DNA of 64,000 bases from contig CAZWMT010000001.1 in NCBI GenBank assembly GCA_964635055.1, forward strand, positions 211,234 to 275,233. The letters run 5' to 3'. Numbering within the stretch: the first letter of the stretch is position 1; each line of letters starts with the position of its first letter. Below, one piece after another: positions 54,570-64,000 of this stretch. Below the pieces are notes generated by a model. That model made no database searches and was not told the DNA's origin. It saw nothing but the letters and a program-made list of their open reading frames with translations. This DNA is from an uncultured Microthrixaceae bacterium (lineage in GTDB: Bacteria; Actinomycetota; Acidimicrobiia; Acidimicrobiales; DATDAH01). The position numbers and the translations under genes are program-made.

Positions 54570-55235
54570 TCAGTCACGGACGTCGGCCAAGATCTCACGC
54601 GCCGCCCGAACGGCTCGCTCGTCGTCCGGGTGATCCATCAGGTCGGCGGCCACGACGGCCGGCCACGCCCGACGCTCGCCTGCTGCGAAAGGCCACGGAC
54701 CTCGCACCACCCGCACGATGAGGTTGGGCTGCTCAGCGTCGACATCGGGCACGAAGTCGCGCTCGAGGGCGGCCACGACTTCAGCATCGACGTAGACCTC
54801 GGCCGGCCCGCTCGATCGCAGCACCCCGCTGGCCTCCGCCCCGCTGAGCACCACCCCACGTTCGCCCACCAGGTCCTCGACCATCGACGGGTGTACGAAC
54901 CACCGGCGCACCTCCGCCCGGCGACCGAGCTGGTGATGCAGATCTGCGAGACCTCGTCGATCGAGCACCTCTCGCAATTGATGGCGCGCGTAGGCCGGAA
55001 CCCAATCAGGCTCTCGACCGTCCGCCAACGCCAAGAGCGCCCAGGCCCTCGCCGCCGAGAACGGACGCCCCGCCCTGCGCACGCGGCTCGCCCGCCGTTG
55101 CAGGCTCGCCCCGTCGACCATCCAGCGCCCCGAGATCCTGTGCGCGGAGAGATCGCCGGCGTAGATCAGCTGGCGAACACGTTCCGCGCTGACGCCGAGC
55201 ACCGCTGCCGCGTCTGGCACCCCGAGCATGTCCAC
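54570..55235 (-). CDS. excisionase-type HTH protein with AbiEi-like C-terminal domain (putative antitoxin/regulator)
   Basis: The N-terminal AAAVLGVSAERVRQLIYAGDLSAHRISGRWMV is an HTH_17-like motif. It is upstream of, and on the same strand as, the NTase gene, separated only by the IS. Confidence 0.55.
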   Translation of the reverse strand: MDMLGVPDAAAVLGVSAERVRQLIYAGDLSAHRISGRWMVDGASLQRRASRVRRAGRPFSAARAWALLALADGREPDWVPAYARHQLREVLDRRGLADLHHQLGRRAEVRRWFVHPSMVEDLVGERGVVLSGAEASGVLRSSGPAEVYVDAEVVAALERDFVPDVDAEQPNLIVRVVRGPWPFAAGERRAWPAVVAADLMDHPDDERAVRAAREILADVRD

Positions 55236-55408
55236 GAAACAATCCTACCGTCAACGGAAGTATTAGTCGAGTCGACATTCGGCTCGTTGCGGCCGCATGG
55301 TTCCGCTTCGCCGAGACCGCCTGCCGTCACTACGTCGCCCGAGAACACAAAGCGTCACGAGGTCACGAAATAGACTACTGATTAGTAGCGAAATGGTAAG
55401 GTAGATGG

Positions 55409-56686
55409 ATGCGAAGTGGCTATCTGCCAAGGGTCGTGGACGCTGAGCTCGACGATCTGCTCGCCGGCCTCGCAGCCGTTGCGGTCGATGGCGCGAAGGG
55501 GGTGGGCAAGACCATCACCGCTCGCCAGCGGGCCGGAACCGTCCACGAGCTCGACCGGCCCGGGCTCCTCCGGGTCTTGGGTGCCGATCCGCACCGCGTG
55601 CTCGAGGGCGAGACCCCTGTCCTGATCGACGAGTGGCAGCGCCTCCCCGAGTCGTGGGACCTCGTCCGCAGAGCCGTCGATGACGATCCACGTCCCGGCC
55701 GGTTCCTGCTCACCGGGTCGGCGTCGCCGGCCGGCGCGGGCACCCATTCCGGCGCCGGTCGGATCGTGCGGGTCCGGATGCGGCCGTTCACGCTCTCCGA
55801 ACGCGGCGTCGAGCAACCCACGGTCAGCCTGAGCACGCTCATTGCGGGCGGGCATTCTCTGCTTCAGGGCTCGACCGCAGTCGGCCTGGAGACGTACGTC
55901 TCCGAGATCTGCCGATCGGGCCTTCCCGGCCTCCGACCGTTGAGCGACCGTGCCCTTCGCAGTCAGCTCGACGGGTACCTCGAGCGGATCGTCGACCGCG
56001 ACTTCCCGGAGTTGGATCGCCCCATCCGCAATCCAGTGGCACTGCGGCGTTGGATGGCGGCCTACGGCGCGGCCACCGGCACCACCGCCTCCTACGAGGC
56101 CATCCGGGACGCGGCGACACCAGGAGAGGCGGACAAACCGGCGAAGGCGACCGTGCAGGCCTACCGGGACACGCTCGAACGCCTCTGGGTGATCGACGCC
56201 GTGCCGGCGTGGAGCCCGTCGCGCAGCCACCTCAACAGACTCGGATCGGCCCCCCGTCACCATCTGGTGGATCCTGCACTGGCAGCGCGCCTGGTCGGGA
56301 TGGACGCCGGGGCGCTGCTCGACGCCCAAGCGGTCGGGCCGCCAGCACCAGGAGACGGAGCGTTCCTCGGCCAACTGTTCGAGTCGTTGGTCACCCTCGA
56401 CGTTCGGGTCTACGCCCAGCACGCGGAGGCCCGGGTTGGGCACCTGCGCACCCACCGCGGCGAGCGCGAGGTCGACCTGATCGTGGAGCGGGCTGATCAC
56501 CGGGTGGTGGCCATCGAGGTGAAGCTCGCCCACGCCGTCACCGACCGTGACGTCCGCCACCTTCGTTGGTTGCGCGACCAGATCGGCGACCAGTTGCTCG
56601 ACGCGATCATCGTCACGACGGGAACCGACGCGTACCGCCGAGCCGACGGGATCGGCGTGGTCCCGGCGGCGCTCCTCGGGCCCTGA
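55409..56686 (+). CDS. AAA ATPase with DUF4143-type (PD-(D/E)XK-like) C-terminal domain
   Basis: VDGAKGVGKT Walker A, LIDEWQ Walker B-like motif, and a C-terminal REVDLIVE...VVAIEVK. Confidence 0.85.
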   Translation: MRSGYLPRVVDAELDDLLAGLAAVAVDGAKGVGKTITARQRAGTVHELDRPGLLRVLGADPHRVLEGETPVLIDEWQRLPESWDLVRRAVDDDPRPGRFLLTGSASPAGAGTHSGAGRIVRVRMRPFTLSERGVEQPTVSLSTLIAGGHSLLQGSTAVGLETYVSEICRSGLPGLRPLSDRALRSQLDGYLERIVDRDFPELDRPIRNPVALRRWMAAYGAATGTTASYEAIRDAATPGEADKPAKATVQAYRDTLERLWVIDAVPAWSPSRSHLNRLGSAPRHHLVDPALAARLVGMDAGALLDAQAVGPPAPGDGAFLGQLFESLVTLDVRVYAQHAEARVGHLRTHRGEREVDLIVERADHRVVAIEVKLAHAVTDRDVRHLRWLRDQIGDQLLDAIIVTTGTDAYRRADGIGVVPAALLGP

Positions 56687-56859
56687 CAGCGGTCCGTGTC
56701 CCGTTCAGGCAGAGCGAGGGTTCGCCTTGGACCCCGACGTGGTGGTCGCGCAGTGATCGGGAAGGCCATCCTCACCACCGCAGGTGGGACCGGGTGTGCG
56801 CTGTCCCGCGCCGGAGCCACCATCGAACCCAGCAACTGCGCCATCTCGGCGCACCGGCC

Positions 56860-57204
56860 CTAGGAAGGCCGAGACCGCGGATGCGGAGAAGATGCGAAGG
56901 ACGGAGGCGTGTCGGTGCCGTAGACGACCCGCTGCAGTAGTGTGGCGACCGCCAAGGCATGGAGGCCTTCACGACTGGGCAGCGGCTCGCTGGGATCAGC
57001 GCTGCACGCGTCGGCGTACTCACGGAGCAACTCCGCTTCGACCCGCATCACCGCACGGGTGAAAGGCTCGCGCAACGCCGGGGGCACATCGATGCGAAAG
57101 CGCACCATCTTGCCGGTGACCTCCGGCCTGACGTACTTCTCGGCCCGCTCGAGTACGGCGAGTGACTCCCCCGCCACGGTCTTGTTCGGCTTGGTCGTGT
57201 CCAT
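56860..57204 (-). CDS. hypothetical protein (may be part of a decayed gene)
   Basis: 114 aa from MDTTKPNK. The ORF continues in frame upstream into the helicase-5' remnant. Confidence 0.3.
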   Translation of the reverse strand: MDTTKPNKTVAGESLAVLERAEKYVRPEVTGKMVRFRIDVPPALREPFTRAVMRVEAELLREYADACSADPSEPLPSREGLHALAVATLLQRVVYGTDTPPSFASSPHPRSRPS

Positions 57205-57319
57205 GCTCCGAACGTACGCAGCAGGTCTGACACCGAACGTGTCCCACAGCGGCGGGTCGACCGGATGGGCTGAGCCTGAGGACGGCTCGCCGGTCGGCCC
57301 GAGGCCGACCGGCGAGCGC

Positions 57320-57440
57320 GGCGCCCAGGCCGCCGCATGCCCGCCTGACACCCACTCATCGAGACCCGCAGGCGCTGGTTTCGCGCTCGGAGTCGAACGG
57401 CGTCCATCGCCTCTGGGCGCCGCCCCGGCGACCAGGACGA
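57320..57440 (-). pseudogene. frameshifted remnant homologous to the 5' end of the AEP-helicase gene
   Basis: Nucleotide similarity to 51787-51880, for example GGCGCCCA.G.CGCCG.ATGCCCGCC....CTCATCGAG and CAGGCGCTGGTT. The peptides RLRARNQRLR and GLDEWVSGGHAAAWAP match RLRAENQRLR and GLDEREPGGHSAAWAP, but in two different frames. Confidence 0.5.
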
Positions 57441-57460
57441 CGCACCAGCCCGAACGAGGA

Positions 57461-58312
57461 TCAGGAACCACCCTCGTCGCGTTGATCGCCGCGAAGGAGC
57501 AACGCCCGTCGCTCGAGCCACTCTGCGAGACCGATGCCCGGCGTCCAGGCGTGCGACGGTTCGGTCAGCATCGAGCGCTCGACCCCTTCCGGCAACAGCG
57601 TCGTGTCGTCCATAACGGCGTGGCGAACCCCGTCGGGGTCGAGCGTCGCCCTCCGCAGATCCGTCCCGCGTAGGTCGAGCTGCTCAAGGTTCGCGCCGGT
57701 CAGATCGGCGCCGTCGACGATCGTGCCCCTCATGGTCGAGTAGCGCAGATCGGCATCCCGAAGCACCGCACCCGTGAGATCGGTGCCTGCGAAGCCACAG
57801 TCCAGCAACACCGCCCCTTCGAGCACGGCATCTCGCAGATCGGCCGCCGCGAAGGTCGAGCCGCCAAGGTCGGCGCCGCTGGCGTTCACCCTCGTCATCT
57901 GGGCCGACCGGAGGTCGGCGAACAGCAGCGTGGCCCCACGTAGGTCGGCATCGACGAACCGAGCGGCGATGAGGCGTTTGTTGGGGAGGTACTGGTCCCG
58001 CAGGTCGGCACCGGTCAGGTCGATGCCCTCCAGCGCCTCGGTGATTGCCAACTGGAGCAACAGGCTCGACCGAGCCGCCCGAGCATCGGCGGCGCTCGCC
58101 ATGAGCGACTCGACGACCACGAACACCAGCCCCACGGTGGCGCCCGACACCAGCGCCAGTCCGAGGTCGTACGGAGGATGGGCGTCGTTGGGCCCGGCGG
58201 CGAGCAACGCAGCGCCGACGGCCGTTGCCACCGCGACGAGAAGCCCGACACGCCAGCGACGCCGACTCCCGACAACGGGTCCGAGCGCTGCGCCCGGCCG
58301 ATCTGCGCTCAT
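57461..58312 (-). CDS. membrane-anchored pentapeptide-repeat protein
   Basis: Two TM helices, then at least 25 A(D/N)LxG-type pentapeptides (ADLRGATLLFADLRSAQM...). ATG 58312 is preceded by GGAGGAGG. Confidence 0.8.
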   Translation of the reverse strand: MSADRPGAALGPVVGSRRRWRVGLLVAVATAVGAALLAAGPNDAHPPYDLGLALVSGATVGLVFVVVESLMASAADARAARSSLLLQLAITEALEGIDLTGADLRDQYLPNKRLIAARFVDADLRGATLLFADLRSAQMTRVNASGADLGGSTFAAADLRDAVLEGAVLLDCGFAGTDLTGAVLRDADLRYSTMRGTIVDGADLTGANLEQLDLRGTDLRRATLDPDGVRHAVMDDTTLLPEGVERSMLTEPSHAWTPGIGLAEWLERRALLLRGDQRDEGGS

Positions 58313-58412
58313 CCACCTCCTCCGCGGGCGACCGTAGCGAGCGAGACGGGGCCTCAAGCGGATAGGGGGCGCCTCGCGGCGCCGCCGCCTGGAAGCGCCT
58401 ACCCTCTCGCAA

Positions 58413-58844
58413 ATGGCGAAGACCGTGCCTCCGGTGGTTTGGGTGTATCAACTGTCGACGGGCGACTGGGACTGGGACCAGAACTCCTATCGCCTCGAGG
58501 TGGCCGAGGGTGAGCGAGTGTCGTGGCCCGTCGGCAAGAAACAGACGAAGCGGGAACCTCAGGCCGGTGAGCGGTTGGTGTGTTGGTGGACGAAGACCAA
58601 CTCGTTTGAGCACGGCGTCATGGGCTGGGGAGTCCTCGACGGCCAGACGTTTGGCGCTGGCCTCCGGTGGCACCCGTACCCACCATCGAACCGTTGGGCC
58701 ATGAGACCGCTCTTGTCTGACGAACTCGAGGCCGTCATCGACAAGATTCGTGGGCGCATGCGCCAGGCGACGCTCTTCGCCGCCGAGGGAGATCTCGCCG
58801 TCGAACTGCTCGACGCCATTCGGGACGCTGACCGCAGCTTGTAG
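58413..58844 (+). CDS. small protein with PUA/EVE-like sequence pattern
   Basis: 143 aa. VWVYQLS...W...SWPVG...AGERLVCWW......HGVMGWGVL resembles an EVE/ASCH beta-barrel pattern. The fold assignment is tentative. Confidence 0.45.
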   Translation: MAKTVPPVVWVYQLSTGDWDWDQNSYRLEVAEGERVSWPVGKKQTKREPQAGERLVCWWTKTNSFEHGVMGWGVLDGQTFGAGLRWHPYPPSNRWAMRPLLSDELEAVIDKIRGRMRQATLFAAEGDLAVELLDAIRDADRSL

Positions 58845-58948
58845 CCAGAACTGAGCGCCGTCTGGTCGCCCTGTCACATCTGCCTCCGATAGGAGAGTCG
58901 ATGTAGTCGAAGCGCACGGGGCGCAGGTGGGGACTGGAGGGGGGAATA

Positions 58949-61900
58949 GTGGAGATCGCGGCGACTGAGGAGTCAACGGACCCACTGAGGGTCGAACGCG
59001 ACCTGCGCATGCGCCTCGCGGGCCGTCGTCTCATCGCAGAGATCGGCATCGACCCTGCCCTCTACCGCACCACCACCCGGGCCCTGAAGAAGGTGATGTC
59101 CAACTCCCTGGATGCCTATGCCGAGCGCCTCGCGAACACGTATCCCGCCCTGACGGCGACCTACCTCGTTGCTCACGGCGTCTATCAGTACAGCGCTGGC
59201 GACTACTGGTCGGGCCAAGCCGTCCATCAGATGAACCGTGACCTCGGCGGCCCAGCGTTCGAGAAGGCCGTGCGAAATCTCGGCCTCGAGACGTTCACCA
59301 ACCTCCTCGGCTCCGAGAAGGCACTGCGATTCATCACCCCGATCCTGGCTCATGGCGGCATCCCCAAGTACTGCTTGGACGACTTCTTCGGGCTGCTTCT
59401 CAAGGACCTCGGCGAAGGTTCCGCCGATGCAAATGACCTGTTGACGGTGTGGCGCACCCGCAAAACCCGCTTCCAGAACATCGACCGCCCCGTGCAGCGC
59501 TTTCTGCTCCACGGCGGCGAGTTGGCTGTCGACCTCATCGACCGGTGCATCGACCTGGTGCGCGAGCACAGCCGCAGCGGCACCGTCATGTCCGCAGAGG
59601 ACGCCGGCCTCCCCTCGTACGTCGTCCGGGCCTTCGCTCGCCGCGAGGACAAGACACCGAAGGGCAGGAGCCGACCGGCTACCACGTCTGGCCGACCCAC
59701 CATCAGCCTCGACCCGTGGACCGCGCAGGGCCCCCAGCTGACGTTGCCCGCTGTCGATCGGTCGCTCCAGCACGCCGCCTGGCACGTCCAGGCCGATCAA
59801 CGGAGCCGCGTGACGGCTGGACCGCAGACGGTCCAGATCCCCCTCAACCCCGCGCCGGCTTGGGGGGTCGAACTCGCCAGCCTCGACAAGGGAGTGCTCC
59901 GCCAGACCTCTTTCGAGGGCCTCGACCCCCTTCCCGCCCTCTTCTTCGACCCGGACACTGGGCGCCTCATGTCCGCGGCCAGCGGGCTCCGCCTGAGGTC
60001 GGTGTGGGTCCTGGCTCCCGACGAAACCCGCTACGAAGCCCGCGACCGGGCTGATTCGAGTGTGGCCTTGGTCGAGCCCGAGCTCCTGCCGGAACCCACT
60101 GGTTCATGGTCCGGCTACACCGTTCGTTGCTTCGACTTGGCCGGCATCAGCAGCCTGCAGGTCACACCACCCGGTGCTGATGCGCCACACACGGTCCGCA
60201 TGCTCGCGGTTGGCGAACGACCCGACCTCGTCGACGACCCCCTTTCCGGTGTGACCACCGCGGCGGGCCTGGCCGTCTTTCCGGCCACACCCTCGGTCCA
60301 CCTCCCCGACGCGGCCCTCGATCATCTCGATCAATGGCGGCTGCGCATCTCGGTGCGCGACGGCGACGGCACGGCTCCTGTCAGCGTCGGCGCCGACGGC
60401 GTCACCGACGAGCACGGCGTCATCGCGCTCGACGACCTCCTGCCCGGCAACACCCTCACGGCCGTCGACCTTGTCGTACAGGGTCCGTTGGGCTCGGACC
60501 TCCGCACCAGCTTCGCCGTCGTGGTGGGCCTACAGGTGAACCGCCCCGACCGTCTCCTGTTCCCGGGCGACAAGACCTCGGGGGTAACGGTCCGCACCGG
60601 TCCAGACCATCTGGTCAACGGTGAGCGCGGCGAGGACGGTCTACGGCTCGACGTCCCGGACCTCGGTGACGAGATCGAGCTCGACATCACGGCGGGATCA
60701 ACCTCGATCGAACTCCTGGTCAGGGTCCCCCGCGTCCAGTGGGGTTTGTCGATGATCGATGATCCGGTCACCCAGATCGGCACCGAGGTCGTCGCTGTGC
60801 GGGCCGACGATGTCATTGATGGCCACGTGAGCGCGCTGGTCGTGCACACCGGCGATGGCGGCCACGAGTTGACGCTCGCCCTGCACGGTCGCGACAACAC
60901 GCCGCTGCAGAAGAGCGACACCTACACCGCCTCGGGCCGGGAGGGACGGTGGGTCTTCGACCTCGCCCGATTCCGTGACACCGTGAAGACGAGCGCCGAC
61001 TCGACCCTCGACTTCGTCCTCTTCATCGGGATGCGGCCAGTCACCGTCGCCCGCCTCCGGGCGTCGCTGGCCATCGGTGACGTCACCGCCACCTCGCGCT
61101 GCGTGGAGGGCTTCACCTCGATCCGGCTCGACTACGACGAACCCCGAGCGGTCAAGGACCGGGTGCTGCGCCTCTGGTCGCGTGATCGCCCCTGGGATGA
61201 ACCGGTTGGGGCCCCCATCCCCGACGGGCAGCTCGGCTTCGCCGAGATCTCGGGCTACGACTCGATCCCCCCGGGCGAGTACCGGGCCGAGCTGGCCATC
61301 GATGACGGCTGGGGCAGCCCGAAACGCCCGTCTCGCGGCGCGCCCCACACGGCGGAGATCACTGTCGGAACCCACCTCGACCGCCAGGACTATCTGAACG
61401 CGCTCAACCCTGACGACCCCGCTGCGGTGCTCGAAGTGGCCGCGTCCACCGGCTGGATCGCCCGTCACCTCGACGAAGCCGAGCTCGCCAAGGTCGGCCC
61501 GCTGGCGCTGACCGCCGCACTTCACGCCATCACCGATGATCGAGGTCACGACCTCAGCTCGCCGCGGTTCTCGGCCATCGGCAGTCTCCTGACTGCCGAC
61601 GAGACGTGTTTCGCCAAGACCATCACCTCTGCCGTCACCGACGGGCGCTGCACACCGACGGAGGCCACACGGGTCGCCCTGGAGTTGGTCGACCGAATCG
61701 AGCCACCCGAGCTGCGCACGTCAATCACCGGCGAGATGCGCGGCTTGTGGCAGACCTGCCCGCTCGCCGCGATCCGTTTCGACCTGACCGCATCACTCAG
61801 CGGCGAACAGCAGGCCCGCCTCGACGAGTTCCTCGGGTGGGCGCCCGACGCCGACGACCCTATCCCCACAGGTGAACCGGTCAACCAGATGTTCGCGGCG

Positions 61901-62319
61901 ATGCCCGCCGAGACGCTCCGGGCGATCCAGGCACAGATCGATCTTGTCCCTCGGCGCCTCCTCGACATCGATTCGCTGGTTGCCGCCAACTTCGAGTGGC
62001 TGCTCGCCGCGTCGAGCGACGGCGTCGACGTGCAGCGGTGGTGGCACATCGCCCGCCAATCGGCACGCCACCTCCGCACCCCTGGGCCGAACCTCAGCGC
62101 CCATCTCGAGAGTCGTGAGCCGCCGCAGGGAACCGTCTCGTGGGCCGGCGTGCCGAAGGCGTCACTCGCACTCGCGACGCTCGCCATTGCCGACGAGGAC
62201 AGTCGCGCCGAGGCAATCAGCCTCCTCGCCGAGGCCCACTCGTGGGCACCCCGACTGGTCGGCCGCGATCTCGTGCTCGCCTGTCTGCTCCAGTGGCTCG
62301 ATGACCAGGAGGTCGCCCC

Positions 62320-62323
<4 letters not shown>
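58949..62323 (+). CDS. large (1124 aa) protein of unknown function, DruH-like by size and position
   Basis: GTG start preceded by GGAGGGGGG. Coding-like composition throughout and no recognisable motif. Its stop overlaps the next gene's GTG. Confidence 0.8.

Positions 62324-64000
<1,677 letters not shown>

Overview
High-GC, Actinomycetota-like chromosomal segment with dense coding on both strands. I saw no rRNA, tRNA or CRISPR array. Bases 1-38,600 are mostly housekeeping or accessory metabolism: a DUF1800/DUF1501 operon, an NHL-repeat protein, a fused B12-dependent acyl-CoA mutase, a degenerate GGDEF protein, a GT-C glycosyltransferase, thioredoxin, several hydrolases, and a DNA-repair block (AdnA/AdnB-like helicase-nuclease, a UvrD-type helicase with HRDC tail, and a RecQ fused to a ComF-like domain next to a DprA-like gene). 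Bases 39,000-64,000 look like a mosaic defence island. It holds a four-gene Wadjet-like (type II, JetABCD) condensin operon and a tightly coupled three-gene operon (AEP primase-SF2 helicase fusion, small acidic protein, HEAT-like protein) that matches no system I can name. It also holds an AbiE-like antitoxin/nucleotidyltransferase pair split by an IS110-family element, a DUF4143 AAA ATPase, a membrane pentapeptide-repeat protein, and an EVE-like ORF followed by a 1124-aa unknown protein coupled to a giant DEAD/DEAH helicase (Druantia type III-like, cut by the window end). Two gene remnants mark past rearrangements. Non-coding signals include two families of palindromic elements, several tandem repeats (79 bp, about 95 bp, about 130 bp, 22 bp, 15 bp, and 21 bp in-frame), and a few promoter or terminator candidates. 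All functional calls rest on motifs read by eye from the translations; no database search was run.
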